From NCBI GenBank assembly GCA_963717505.1, contig OY970342.1:2880001-2944000 (forward strand): a stretch of DNA of 64,000 bases. Reading direction: 5' to 3'. Within the stretch, counting starts at the first letter, position 1; every line of letters begins with the position of its first letter. This stretch comes from Candidatus Eiseniibacteriota bacterium. GTDB lineage: Bacteria; Eisenbacteria; RBG-16-71-46. The notes below the pieces were generated by a model, which did not search any database, had not been told where the DNA came from, and saw only the letters and a list, made by a program, of their open reading frames with translations. Shown one piece after another: positions 1-9,984 of this stretch. The translations under genes and the position numbers were made by a program.

Positions 1-23
1 ATCGCTGCCGGGGTGCCGCCAGC

Positions 24-407
24 GTGGACGAGTTGATCGATCACCTGCACTGCGAGATCGACCATGCGCGGGCGAAAGGACTGTCGGACGAGCAGGCGTT
101 CGCTGCGGCGGTCGCGAGACTCGGACGAGCCGGGGAGCTGGCGGCCGAACACGGGAAGAACCGCTCGTGGCTGGCGTGGGTCTGTGCGAACGAACGGGGG
201 TTCGCGTCGAACAGAGGCCGCAGTCTGCTGCTTTCCCACGCAATCATTTGGGCCAGCCTGATGCTCGGGACGGCCCTGGTGATGTCGAAGCGGGACGACC
301 CCGATACGTTCACGCTCCTGCTGATCCTCGTGATGCTCCCGCTCTGGGGGGCTTCCGATCAGATCCTGCGCCGGGCGCTCAGAAGTCAGGGGCGTGGCGA
401 ACGATGA
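24..407 (+). CDS. Membrane protein with permease-prefix-domain-1-like N-terminus (possibly 5' partial)
   Basis: DELIDHL...GLSDEQAFAAAVARLG motif followed by two hydrophobic segments. The frame is open to the window start. Confidence 0.6.
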   Translation: MDELIDHLHCEIDHARAKGLSDEQAFAAAVARLGRAGELAAEHGKNRSWLAWVCANERGFASNRGRSLLLSHAIIWASLMLGTALVMSKRDDPDTFTLLLILVMLPLWGASDQILRRALRSQGRGER

Positions 408-745
408 TCGCGCGCCTGATGGGACTACGCACGATCTCGCCCGAGGATCTGCACAAGCTGATCCAGCAGGCTGGAGTCATGGCGATCGACGTCAACTCGC
501 CCATCAGCTGGCGCGAGGCTCACGTTCCGGGTGCGGTAAACCTCGACCCGGAGGCCTACGCGGCGACCGATCTGCCGCAGGACAAGGCGGCCCGGCTCGT
601 CTTCTATTGCTCCAATCCTCTGTGTCGGAAGGCCCCGAACGCAGCGCTGCGCGCCCGCAAGTTCGGGTACGAGAACGTGAGCGTGATGTCGGCGGGGATC
701 AAAGGGTGGATGAGCGCGCGGCTGCCGACCGAGTCGGGCGCCTGA
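404..745 (+). CDS. Rhodanese-like domain protein
   Basis: AIDVN...HVPGAVNL, LVFYC, GYENVSVMSAGIKGW motifs. ATGA overlap with the upstream stop. Confidence 0.85.
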   Translation: MIARLMGLRTISPEDLHKLIQQAGVMAIDVNSPISWREAHVPGAVNLDPEAYAATDLPQDKAARLVFYCSNPLCRKAPNAALRARKFGYENVSVMSAGIKGWMSARLPTESGA

Positions 746-801
746 AGCTCGGTGCGCTCGCTCGAAAAGACTCGCCCTTTGCCGGAGCTGCCCGCTCAGT
801 G

Positions 802-1302
802 ATGGCACCGGACTCGGTGGTCCGCATCCGACCCGCCGCGGAGTCCGACGAGGCCGTGCTCGGTCGTCTCGGCGCCGCGCTCATGCGTCAGCATCACGCC
901 ACCGATCCGCGTCGTTTCATTCTGGTGTCGCGGCCGGAGGCCGGGTACGGGCGATTCCTGGTCTCGGTGCTGGACAACCCCGACTACCTGGTGCAGGTCG
1001 CTGAGCGTGGGGATCAGGTGGTGGGGTATGTTTTCGCGGGCATCGAGTCGACGAGCTGGAGGGATCTGCGCGGCCCGTGCGGGTTCATCCACGATGTCTA
1101 CGTCGACGAGAGCGTGCGGCGGCTCGGCACCGGGCAAGAGCTGCTGCGCGCGGCGATGGTCTGGATCCGTTCGAGGGGTATGTCGCAAGTCGTGCTGTGG
1201 ACCATGCCCGCCAACCAGGCCGCGCGGCGCCTGTTTGCGAAGATGGGATTCCGGGACACGATGATCGAGATGACGCACGACGAGGATTCTGCCCAAACCT
1301 GA
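802..1302 (+). CDS. GNAT family N-acetyltransferase
   Basis: FIHDVYVDESVRRLGTGQELL acetyl-CoA motif A and NQAARRLFAKMGF motif B. Confidence 0.9.
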   Translation: MAPDSVVRIRPAAESDEAVLGRLGAALMRQHHATDPRRFILVSRPEAGYGRFLVSVLDNPDYLVQVAERGDQVVGYVFAGIESTSWRDLRGPCGFIHDVYVDESVRRLGTGQELLRAAMVWIRSRGMSQVVLWTMPANQAARRLFAKMGFRDTMIEMTHDEDSAQT

Positions 1303-1330
1303 GTCCGAGGGTGGCGCCGGAGGGTTCGCC

Positions 1331-1942
1331 ATGCACGAGTCGGCATCGGGACTGCTCCCGACGTGGGAGGTCTTCTACCTGATCGTCGGGACGACCGCGG
1401 GAGCCCTCATCGGGCTCCAGTTCGTGGTGATGACGCTGATCGCGGACGCCGGACTCTTGCGCGGCCGGGGTGAGTCGATCTCGGCCTTCGGTACGCCGAA
1501 CGTCGTGCACTTTTGCGCGGCCCTGTTGGTGACCGTGATCGTCTCGATCCCCTGGGGTGTCCTCCCACCGGCGGGAATCGGCGTGGCAATGAGTGGCCTG
1601 ATTGGAGTGGTCTACTCGGCAGTCGTCACGCGGCGGGCGCTCCGACAGACCGGATATCAGCCCGTGCTCGAGGACTGGGTTTGGCACAGCGCCCTGCCTG
1701 CGCTCGCGTACGCCACGATGCTCGTTGCCGGGGCGTTCCTCATCAGGCGAAACCCAGGTGCGCTGTTCTTCATCGGCCCGGCCACGCTGTTGCTCGTGTT
1801 CGTCGGTATCCACAACGCCTGGGACACCGTGGAGTACCTGATCCTTCAGCGGGCGAAGAAGGAGCGAGAAGTGCCGGTCGGCCCAACGCACCCGAGCCCC
1901 GACGTGGGCGAGCAGTCTGACGCTGGAAACCGACTCGAATAG
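1331..1942 (+). CDS. Hypothetical integral membrane protein
   Basis: About 5 hydrophobic helices, a GTTAGALIGLQFV motif, and GGAGGG RBS upstream. Confidence 0.7.
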   Translation: MHESASGLLPTWEVFYLIVGTTAGALIGLQFVVMTLIADAGLLRGRGESISAFGTPNVVHFCAALLVTVIVSIPWGVLPPAGIGVAMSGLIGVVYSAVVTRRALRQTGYQPVLEDWVWHSALPALAYATMLVAGAFLIRRNPGALFFIGPATLLLVFVGIHNAWDTVEYLILQRAKKEREVPVGPTHPSPDVGEQSDAGNRLE

Positions 1943-1985
1943 CGGATGGCGATGAGAGTCCCCGAGCCGAAAGGTGCCTGTCGAC

Positions 1986-2021
1986 TTAGCTTTGACAAAA
2001 CCGGCTCTTAGTCTAGTCTAA
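1986..2021 (+). promoter_or_regulatory. Sigma70-like promoter overlapped by DtxR/MntR-type operator(s)
   Basis: TTGACA (1992-1997), 16 nt spacer, TAGTCT (2014-2019). Imperfect palindrome TTAGTCTAGTCTAA (2008-2021) plus a weaker TTAGCTTTGACAAA (1986-1999), directly upstream of a DtxR-family gene. Confidence 0.65.
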
Positions 2022-2026
2022 GCGCC

Positions 2027-2707
2027 ATGAGTCGGCTCTCGCGATCCCGTCAGGACTACCTCAAGGCGCTTTACGCCCTCGCCCAGGGGGGTGAGGTGGT
2101 GCCCACCTCGCGTCTGGCCACCCAGCTCGGTGTCTCCGCGCCCTCGGTAACCGCCATGCTCGGTCGGCTGACCGCAGAGCGACTGGTCTCGTACGCGCCA
2201 CGGGCGGGGGCACGCCTGACCGCCCGCGGGCGACGCGAGGCGCTCGAGATGGTCCGGCGCCACCGCATTCTCGAGGCGTTCCTGGTGCGCGTACTCGGCC
2301 TCGACTGGTCGGAAGTGCACGAGGACGCCGAGGTGCTCGAGCACCACGTCAGCGACCGCGTGCTCGAGGCGATCGACCGGCTCGCCGGTCATCCGCACGA
2401 GGACCCGCACGGGCACCCAATCCCCGACGCGCGCGGTCGCGTGGCACGCCGCTCCCTCGTACCTCTCGCCAATCTGCCGCGCGGCGCCCGCGCGACCGTG
2501 CGCGAGATCCGCGATGAGGACGTTCGCCGCATGGTGCGCTGGAAAGAGGTCGGGCTCGTCCCGGGCGCGGAGGTCCGGGTACGCGACGTTCGTCCGCTGG
2601 ACGACGTGTTCGAGCTGGATGTAGCCGGCCGCCGGTTCGTCACCGGAAGCCAGGCGCTGGAGGGCGTGCTGGTTCAGATCCGGAAGGGGGAGAGTCATGG
2701 AGCGTGA
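2027..2707 (+). CDS. mntR: DtxR/MntR-family metal-dependent repressor with C-terminal FeoA/SH3 domain
   Basis: DYLKALY, wHTH LGVSAPSVTAM, RRHRILEAFL, HEDAEVLEHH, DPHGHPIP. Lies upstream of mntH. Confidence 0.9.
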   Translation: MSRLSRSRQDYLKALYALAQGGEVVPTSRLATQLGVSAPSVTAMLGRLTAERLVSYAPRAGARLTARGRREALEMVRRHRILEAFLVRVLGLDWSEVHEDAEVLEHHVSDRVLEAIDRLAGHPHEDPHGHPIPDARGRVARRSLVPLANLPRGARATVREIRDEDVRRMVRWKEVGLVPGAEVRVRDVRPLDDVFELDVAGRRFVTGSQALEGVLVQIRKGESHGA

Positions 2708-4694
2708 GACCGAAACGCGATCCCTCGCCGAAGTCCACCGGACCGTCCCGATCCCCGTGGTCGGGTCGTGGATTCGGCGTCTATTCGCGTTCGCGGGTCC
2801 GGCTTATCTCGTAAGCGTCGGCTACATGGACCCGGGCAACTGGGCCACGGATCTCGCTGGCGGTGCTCGCTTTGGCTACCAGCTGGTCTGGGTGCTCCTG
2901 ATGAGCAACCTGATGGCCGTGCTGCTCCAGACGCTGGCGGCCCGACTGGGTGTGGTGACCGGCAAGGACCTCGCCCAAGCCTGCCGGGATTTCTATCCAC
3001 GCCCGCTGGTCTTTCCGCTCTGGATCTTGTGCGAGTTGGCGATCGTCGCGTGTGATCTCGCCGAAGTCCTGGGCGCGGCGATCGGGCTCAAGCTGCTGTT
3101 CGGCGTCCCTTTGTTGTGGGGCGTGATGATCACCGCACTCGATGTGCTGCTGTTGCTCGCCCTGTCGCGGTTGGGCATGCGCCGGATGGAAGCGTTCATC
3201 CTGACCCTGGTGGTGACGATCGGCGTCTGCTTCGGCATCGAGATGATCATGGCGCGCCCGGACCTCGCGGCGATCTTCAGCCACCTGATTCCGCGCGGTC
3301 CCGACGGGGCTGTGAGTCTGTTCCGCTCGACGCCGGGCGGAGGATTCTCGGTACTTGGGTTGGACAAGGAATCCCTCTACATCGCGATGGGCATCCTCGG
3401 CGCCACGGTCATGCCCCACAACCTCTACCTGCACAGCTCGCTGGTTCAGAGCCGTGCGGTCGCCGATTCACGCGCAGGCAAGTTGCAGGCAGTGCGCATG
3501 AACCTCGTAGACTCGGTGGTCGCACTGAACCTCGCCCTGTTCGTGAACGCCGCCATCCTGATCCTGGCCGCCGCCGTGTTCCACACCAGCGGCCACCAGG
3601 ACGTGGCGCAGCTCGAGGACGCGCATCGGCTGCTCGCGCCACTGCTCGGAACCAGCATCGCTGCGACGCTGTTCGCCGTGGCGCTGCTGTGCTCGGGCCA
3701 GGCGAGCACGATCACCGGGACCTTGGCGGGACAGATCGTGATGGAAGGCTTTCTGCGCATTCGCATTCAACCTTGGCAGCGACGACTGATCAGCCGCGGG
3801 CTCGCCATCATCCCAGCGGTGGTGTTCATCGGTATCAAGGGAGCCAATGCCGTCGACGATCTGCTGGTTTTGTCGCAGGTCGTGCTCAGCCTTCAGCTCG
3901 CCTTCGCGGTCGTTCCGCTGGTCACGTTCACCAGCGATCGCCGCCGCATGGGCGAGTTCGTGAATCCGCCGTGGGTGATCGGATTGTCCATTCTGGTCAC
4001 GGTGATCATCGTCGGGCTCAACGCCAACCTGGTCGTACAGACGTTCGGCGATTGGGTGCGAGCGCCGGGCAGCGTCTTCCTCAAAGCACTTGCCTTCGCC
4101 GGCGTCGCGGGCGCCGCGTTGCTGCTGGCCTACGTGGCGATCGCTCCGATACTGCAAAGGGTCATTCCCGGGCTCGTGCGTCATGCTCTGGAGCCGCCGC
4201 CCGTCCCGCAAACGGCTGGCGTCGGGCCCCCGGCCCGAGCGATCTCGGAGACCGGCCCGCGGGTCGTGGCCCTGGCACTCGAGCTTGGCGCCGCAGACCG
4301 TGCCGTGCTCGATCAGGTGCTGGCGATGCCGCTGCCACGCGAGGTTGACGTGGTCCTGCTCCACGTGGCCGAGAGTGCGGCGAGCCGCTACCTAGGTCCG
4401 GAAACTCAGGACCAGGAATCACGCGAGGATCAAGCGGCGCTCGACGGGATCGCAGGATCATTGCGCGCCGCGGGTCTGGGCACACGCGTCATGCTGGGCC
4501 ACGGCGACGTGAAGACCGAGCTGGCGCGGATGGTGGATGAGGCCAAAGCCAACTTGCTGATCACCGGCTCGCACGGGCACCGGTTCCTCGGGGACTTGTT
4601 CTACGGCGCGACCACCTCCGGGCTGCGTCACCTCGTGCGTTGCCCGGTACTGGTCGTCCGTTCCGATCCACGGTCGCGCAGCACGGGACGCTGA
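2697..4694 (+). CDS. mntH: Nramp divalent metal (Mn2+) transporter with C-terminal universal-stress-protein domain
   Basis: GYMDPGNW and GATVMPHNLYLHS signatures. C-terminal LLITGSHGH...YGATT USP motif. Confidence 0.95.
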   Translation: MERETETRSLAEVHRTVPIPVVGSWIRRLFAFAGPAYLVSVGYMDPGNWATDLAGGARFGYQLVWVLLMSNLMAVLLQTLAARLGVVTGKDLAQACRDFYPRPLVFPLWILCELAIVACDLAEVLGAAIGLKLLFGVPLLWGVMITALDVLLLLALSRLGMRRMEAFILTLVVTIGVCFGIEMIMARPDLAAIFSHLIPRGPDGAVSLFRSTPGGGFSVLGLDKESLYIAMGILGATVMPHNLYLHSSLVQSRAVADSRAGKLQAVRMNLVDSVVALNLALFVNAAILILAAAVFHTSGHQDVAQLEDAHRLLAPLLGTSIAATLFAVALLCSGQASTITGTLAGQIVMEGFLRIRIQPWQRRLISRGLAIIPAVVFIGIKGANAVDDLLVLSQVVLSLQLAFAVVPLVTFTSDRRRMGEFVNPPWVIGLSILVTVIIVGLNANLVVQTFGDWVRAPGSVFLKALAFAGVAGAALLLAYVAIAPILQRVIPGLVRHALEPPPVPQTAGVGPPARAISETGPRVVALALELGAADRAVLDQVLAMPLPREVDVVLLHVAESAASRYLGPETQDQESREDQAALDGIAGSLRAAGLGTRVMLGHGDVKTELARMVDEAKANLLITGSHGHRFLGDLFYGATTSGLRHLVRCPVLVVRSDPRSRSTGR

Positions 4695-4707
4695 ACGGCG
4701 CACCGTC

Positions 4708-6246
4708 CTAGCCGGGCTTCGGTTGAAGCTCCTTCTCCAACGCCAGTTTGTAGGCCACGTAGTACTTGAAGATGTTGCTCACGTACTGGACCGTCTCCCG
4801 GCCGATCTCCTTCGCGGCCAGGACCTCGACGTTGTTGAACCAAACGTTGGGATCGAGCCCCTGGGCCGCCGCCCGGCGTCTCATCCGGGCGATGCGGTTC
4901 GGCCCGGCATTGTAGCTGGCGAAGGCGAACAGATGGCGATCGAGCACGCTCATCGTGGGTGCGTCGGCGAGGTAGTTGTCGCGAATGAAGCGCATGTACT
5001 TGACGCCGGCATGGATGTTGTTCTCGAGCTTCGTGACGTCGCGGATATTGATGCTCCGATCGGCCGCGGTGCTGGGTAGCACCTGCATCACGCCGACCGC
5101 CCCCGCCGGGCTCACCAGCTTCTGGTCGATCTTGGATTCCTGGTAGGCCTGCGCCGCAATCATCAGCCAGTCGAATTCGTATTGAGTGGCGTAGCGCTTG
5201 AAGATCTCGGCCGTGCCGGCGAACCGTCGGCGCTCCGCGCCGCGCGTCGGGTTCCGTGCCCACTTGTTCGTCTTGAGGTATCGCTTGAACAGCTCGTTGC
5301 CCAGGTATTGGCCAGGCCCGTGCTTGCGGATGAAGGCGTTGACCTGCTTTTCGAACGCGGGACTGTTCGCGCGGAAGGCCCAGCCAATCTCGGCGCCGGT
5401 GCGCACCGCAAGTTCAGGGTGGACGCGCAGGCTGTCGAACACGTCCGCCCAGAAGTTCGCCAGATGGTCGTCGGCGATCGTGATGTCGATGAGTTCGGCG
5501 GCGGTCATCTCGAGCAGGTCCTCGGTCTCGAGGTGCTCGTCGGCACGACGGATCACGACCGTGTCGCGTCCCTCGCGGCGGAAGCGCTGGTTGAGCGCCA
5601 ACAGGCTCTCGAAGTAGCTGCTGGCGGGCCGCACCCAGACCTCACGGCCGGCGAGGTCCTCGAGCGACGACAGAACCGGGCCCGAGGCGTGAGTCACCAC
5701 CACCTCGGAGACGTTGGTGGCGACCGGCAGGGAGAACGCCACCTGTTTCGCACGCTCGGGAGTGATCGTCAGGTTCCCCACGGCGAGGTCGCCATGTCCC
5801 GAGACCAGCATCGGCAGGAGCCGGTCACGGGTAACGGGAATGTGGATCACGTGCACCTTGAGGTGCCGGGTCTTGAGGGCCGCGTTCAACCCATTCTCGA
5901 ACTCGACGAGCGCCTCATACGAGAGTCCGCGGGGGCGGAGGCCGTCGAAGAAGTACTGAGTCCGGTTGTAGACCACGAGAGCGCGAATGACCCGTCGTTT
6001 GACCATGCCATCGAAGTCGCCGGTCCACGGCTCGGCAGCGCCAGCCAACAGCTCGGCAGGCAAGGGCTCCTCGACGTGCAAGAGGCTGGAGTCTGCGGGT
6101 ACCGAAGTGGTCGTATCCCGCGAGCTCGCGTCGGACGGCTCCTTGGCGGGCGCACAGCCGAGGATGATCTGCGCTACGGCGAGCCAGAAGAGCCCAACAC
6201 ACCAGAGTGCTAGTCGGCACCGCATTGCTGGAGGTCGCCAAGTCAT
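4708..6246 (-). CDS. mltF: MltF-like lytic transglycosylase (solute-binding domain + SLT domain)
   Basis: AAQAYQES, SPAGAVGVMQV, ASYNAGP, ETVQYV SLT motifs after a periplasmic-binding-protein domain. Confidence 0.85.
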   Translation of the reverse strand: MTWRPPAMRCRLALWCVGLFWLAVAQIILGCAPAKEPSDASSRDTTTSVPADSSLLHVEEPLPAELLAGAAEPWTGDFDGMVKRRVIRALVVYNRTQYFFDGLRPRGLSYEALVEFENGLNAALKTRHLKVHVIHIPVTRDRLLPMLVSGHGDLAVGNLTITPERAKQVAFSLPVATNVSEVVVTHASGPVLSSLEDLAGREVWVRPASSYFESLLALNQRFRREGRDTVVIRRADEHLETEDLLEMTAAELIDITIADDHLANFWADVFDSLRVHPELAVRTGAEIGWAFRANSPAFEKQVNAFIRKHGPGQYLGNELFKRYLKTNKWARNPTRGAERRRFAGTAEIFKRYATQYEFDWLMIAAQAYQESKIDQKLVSPAGAVGVMQVLPSTAADRSINIRDVTKLENNIHAGVKYMRFIRDNYLADAPTMSVLDRHLFAFASYNAGPNRIARMRRRAAAQGLDPNVWFNNVEVLAAKEIGRETVQYVSNIFKYYVAYKLALEKELQPKPG

Positions 6247-6295
6247 GGGCGGGCACGCTAGCAGGCCTGTTCCCAGTCACGCAATGCCCAGCGAG

Positions 6296-6736
6296 TTACT
6301 GTCCCGGCTTGGCTCCCGCGGTCTTCGTCGTCGTCGTGCCGATGCCCACGCCCCTGAATCCCGCGGTCCGCACCGCGTCCAGCAGCCGCACCACCTGGCC
6401 GTGGGCCACGCCGGCCTCGGCCTGGATCAGGGCCTGCGCGCCCGGGCGTTGCTCGCGCAGCGTGCGCAGCGCCGCGGGGAGCGCATCGAACGTCGTGGGG
6501 GTGCCGTCGAGCATCAGCGTTCCCTGTTCGGTCAGCACCAGGTCCACCCCCTCGGTGGCCGCGCCGACTCCGGCGGGAGGGGCGGTGCTGGACTCGGGAA
6601 GGTTCAGTTCGAGTTCTCCCGCACGCTTGAACGTGCTGGTCAGCATGAAGAAGATGAGGAGCAGGAAGAGCACGTCGATGAGCGAGGTCACGTTCAGGTC
6701 GACGCCCCGATTGCGCTTCCGTTCCCGGAACACCAT
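6296..6736 (-). CDS. exbD: ExbD/TolR family protein
   Basis: LNVTSLIDVLFLLLIFFML signature. The start may instead be the GTG at 6745. Confidence 0.9.
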   Translation of the reverse strand: MVFRERKRNRGVDLNVTSLIDVLFLLLIFFMLTSTFKRAGELELNLPESSTAPPAGVGAATEGVDLVLTEQGTLMLDGTPTTFDALPAALRTLREQRPGAQALIQAEAGVAHGQVVRLLDAVRTAGFRGVGIGTTTTKTAGAKPGQ

Positions 6737-6741
6737 GCGGC

Positions 6742-7362
6742 TCACCTCGCACGCTCCGTGGCCCGGGGCCGCAGTCGCGCCACGAGGCGGCTCGCGTAGG
6801 CCTCGATCTCGAGGATGTAGCGCTCCGACCGCGCGGCCAGGTAGTTGTAGGCGAACAGCGCGGGGATGCCGATGCAAAGTCCTTCGGCGGTCGTGAACAT
6901 CGCCTCGCTGATGCCCTCGGACAGCGTATTCGCGTCGCCGAGACCGACGAGCGATGTGCCGGCGAACATCTTGATCATGCCGAACACGGTGCCGAGCAGC
7001 CCGAGCAGGGGGGCGGCCTGGGCCACGGTCTGCAGCCAGTAGAGGTTGCGCTCGAGCGCGGGAGTTTCCTGGCGGCCCGCGTCGAGGACGGCGTCGCGCA
7101 TCTCCTCCCACGGGCGCTCCGCGTTCTCGAGCGCCGTGCGCAGGATGTCGGCGAGTACGCTGGGATTCCGCCGACACATGTCGATCGCCACGCTCAGGTC
7201 CTTGCCGGGCTGGACCGACTCGACCACGTCCACGATGTGCCGTGGCATGACGCGGCTGCGGCGAAGCGCGATGAGCCGCTCGATCATCACCACCGTCCCG
7301 ATCAGGCTGCAGAGCGCGAGCGCGTAGAAGAGCGGTCCGGACTTCGTGATCAACTCGAACAT
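6742..7362 (-). CDS. exbB: MotA/TolQ/ExbB proton channel protein
   Basis: APLLGLLGTVFGMI...GISEAMFTTAEGL signature. Confidence 0.9.
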   Translation of the reverse strand: MFELITKSGPLFYALALCSLIGTVVMIERLIALRRSRVMPRHIVDVVESVQPGKDLSVAIDMCRRNPSVLADILRTALENAERPWEEMRDAVLDAGRQETPALERNLYWLQTVAQAAPLLGLLGTVFGMIKMFAGTSLVGLGDANTLSEGISEAMFTTAEGLCIGIPALFAYNYLAARSERYILEIEAYASRLVARLRPRATERAR

Positions 7363-7430
7363 GTCGGTGGTGTTCTCCTAGGGTGGATGAATGCGTCCCT
7401 TGCGCGCGGCCGGCGCGGGTGAGGGTCAGG

Positions 7431-8441
7431 TCAGCGGGGTCGGAACTTCGGGTAGACCAGGCGGACGCGCAGGATGAGGGTTTCCTCCGGAAAGTCGGCG
7501 GGCAGCGCCTCCGTGGGGGTGCTGGACCGCAGTGCACTGGTTGCGGCACGGATTAGCGACTCGTGCCCCTGTTCTTCGATTACGTCCATGCGCAACACCT
7601 CGCCCGAGCGCGCGATCTCCATTTCGACCACGGTCCAGCCGCCTTCCTTGATCAGGCCCAGGTAGTACGCGGGCGGCGCTATCCAGGCGCGCATGAGCCT
7701 CCGGCCGAAACGCTGCAACCACGGGGCCCATTCCCACGCGGTCGTGCTCAGGCTCACGTCACCGGTCAGCTCCGCGTTGCCCTCTGGGTGGTCCATCTCC
7801 GGCTGGCGCGTGTCCGAGTTGCCGGGCTCGGTGGACTCGTTCGGGAAACTCTCGCCCGACACCCTGACGTCGCGCGGGACTGGCGTCGTGGCTTCGCTTG
7901 CGGCGCTCGGGGGCCCGGTGGGCGAGTCCTTTCCGTCTGCGCCCGGCGGCTGCCGGGCTTCCTGTTCCGTCGGCGTGCTCGCGGGCTTCGGTTCCACCCG
8001 GCCGCTTTCCAGTCCCACGGCGGGCGCGTCGGCCACGCCGCTCATGCGCGGCAGGGACTCGTTACCGCCGGGGACCTGGTCTCGAGCGCGGCTCGTGACA
8101 TTGCTCAGGAAATCCGCGTGCTCGGGTGCCTGATCCTCGCGGTCCGCGGGCAACTCGGTGAAGTACGTGGGCTCCTTGGGTTCGGTATTGGCGGGAGGTG
8201 GCTCGACGAAAGTGAGCTGGATCGGCTCGGGTCGGGTCTCCCGCGGCGGGGAAGGCACCCACTCGCGACCGACCTGCATGCCGATCATCGCGATCGCGTG
8301 CAGCGCCAGCGTCAACGACCATGCGATCACCCACGTGCGGCGGTTCGGGTCGTGCCGGAGTGAAGGGGCGCTCACGTCAGTGAGCAGGCGAGGTGATGGA
8401 TGCACGTCCGCAGGATATCGCGCCGGCGACCGGGGCCGCAC
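7431..8441 (-). CDS. TonB/TolA-like energy transducer (start uncertain)
   Basis: N-terminal TM with SxxLH, Pro-rich linker, and TonB/TolA-like C-terminal domain. Lies upstream of exbBD. Confidence 0.7.
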   Translation of the reverse strand: MRPRSPARYPADVHPSPRLLTDVSAPSLRHDPNRRTWVIAWSLTLALHAIAMIGMQVGREWVPSPPRETRPEPIQLTFVEPPPANTEPKEPTYFTELPADREDQAPEHADFLSNVTSRARDQVPGGNESLPRMSGVADAPAVGLESGRVEPKPASTPTEQEARQPPGADGKDSPTGPPSAASEATTPVPRDVRVSGESFPNESTEPGNSDTRQPEMDHPEGNAELTGDVSLSTTAWEWAPWLQRFGRRLMRAWIAPPAYYLGLIKEGGWTVVEMEIARSGEVLRMDVIEEQGHESLIRAATSALRSSTPTEALPADFPEETLILRVRLVYPKFRPR

Positions 8442-8459
8442 CCACCCGGGCCGGACTGG

Positions 8460-8984
8460 TTATTGCCGCCGGGGCCCTGCTTGAACACTCGCCTCATCTT
8501 CGGCAGTCGGGCCCCGGGTCGCACGGTCGATCTGTCGAATGGCGCCCAGGTGGTAAGCGAGGTGCGCGACACTGCCCGCCATCCAACCGGCCTCGACTTC
8601 GCTCACCTCACGTGGCGAGCGGAGGATTTCCGTCCACACATCGGCTTCACGACGGAGTTCGTCGCGTAGCTGTTGCCACTCGGCCTCCGATACGACGGTC
8701 TTCCGCCAACTGGCCGTCCAGTCCATGTCGGGCCAGGGCGGCGGCGTCCCGGTCGCCCACCGGTTGAGCAGCGAGAGCCCGTAGCGGAGGTGATCGACGT
8801 GCGCCGCGATCGACGGGCCGCCGTGCGTCGCCGAGGCCGAGGCGGCGGAAAGCCGGTCGAGCGACGCGAGCAGGCCCGGGTCTCCCTGGTTCAGTACGTA
8901 CGTGCGAGCGCTCGGATCAGGGGAGCCGTGGATGAGCTCGCCGAAAAGCGTGCGCAGCAGGGTAGCGAAGGGTCCTGTATTCAT
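8460..8984 (-). CDS. DinB family protein
   Basis: SIAAHVDHL and AHLAYHLGAIRQ His motifs. Confidence 0.8.
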   Translation of the reverse strand: MNTGPFATLLRTLFGELIHGSPDPSARTYVLNQGDPGLLASLDRLSAASASATHGGPSIAAHVDHLRYGLSLLNRWATGTPPPWPDMDWTASWRKTVVSEAEWQQLRDELRREADVWTEILRSPREVSEVEAGWMAGSVAHLAYHLGAIRQIDRATRGPTAEDEASVQAGPRRQ

Positions 8985-9020
8985 GGCCAAAGGCGAGGTG
9001 CCGGTGGACGGTTCCACTGC

Positions 9021-9881
9021 CTATTGCGTGATCTGGCTGACCCGCAGCGTTTCGATGTCGATCGCGGACAAGAAGCCAAAGCCATTCCAATTGTATAGGC
9101 CGAACACGAGGCGACGCGAGTCTGGCGACCACGACGGAAGGTCGCCGTCGGTCAGATAGTGGGCTCCCGTGCCGTCGGGCTTCATGAGGAAGATGTGCCC
9201 GGGTGAGAGGGTGTATGCGATCCACTGCCCGTCCGGGGACCACGTGGGGTCCGAGTATCCCATGTCCGTCGTGAGTCGCTGCTCGGCGTGGCCGGTCGTG
9301 TCCATCACGAAAATCGCTCCACCACTGTCAGGTGACTGTCGGACATGAACCAGGCGCGCACCGTCTGGTGACCAGTCGGGATCGCGCCAGCTCTCGGTTC
9401 CCGTCGGCGCCAGCGACCGCAGCCCGGTGCCATCTTGCGACACGATCCAGATGCTTCCGGTCCCCGTCGTGTCGAATGTCTGAAAGGCAAGCTCGTTCCC
9501 GGTGGGCGACCAACGTGGCCTGGATCCCTGGGTGGTAATCGCCTGCAGGCCCCCGCCGGTCACAAGGACCGAGTGGATGCCCTGGTGGGAGATCGCGAGA
9601 CGCGTGCCATCGGGCGACCAGTCGGTTTCATGCCATTCACCCTGCAGAACCTGAGGGCCCACCACACCAGCGGTGTCGACGATCCATATGCCCGTGGTCG
9701 AGGGCGACCCGCGAAGGTACCTGCTGTACGCAATCCGTGACCCGTCCGGGGACCATGCGGGCGAATCGGCGTTCCACAGAGTCTCTGGCTGCACGATCGG
9801 CCCTATGTTGACCGGAACCGCGACGCCACAGCCGGCCGCAAGCGCGGCGGGAAGAAGCAGAGCGCCTATTCTCCATCTCAT
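9021..9881 (-). CDS. TolB-like PD40 beta-propeller lipoprotein
   Basis: Lipobox LAAGC and repeated PxWSPDG motifs. Confidence 0.8.
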   Translation of the reverse strand: MRWRIGALLLPAALAAGCGVAVPVNIGPIVQPETLWNADSPAWSPDGSRIAYSRYLRGSPSTTGIWIVDTAGVVGPQVLQGEWHETDWSPDGTRLAISHQGIHSVLVTGGGLQAITTQGSRPRWSPTGNELAFQTFDTTGTGSIWIVSQDGTGLRSLAPTGTESWRDPDWSPDGARLVHVRQSPDSGGAIFVMDTTGHAEQRLTTDMGYSDPTWSPDGQWIAYTLSPGHIFLMKPDGTGAHYLTDGDLPSWSPDSRRLVFGLYNWNGFGFLSAIDIETLRVSQITQ

Positions 9882-9984
9882 GGCGCAATACTGACACAAT
9901 GCGAGGCAAGCGATGCCAACGGCCAGATCCCGGCCCTTGCCGGCGCCGGGATCTATCCGCAGGACAAACGATGAAGGTTCCGGC

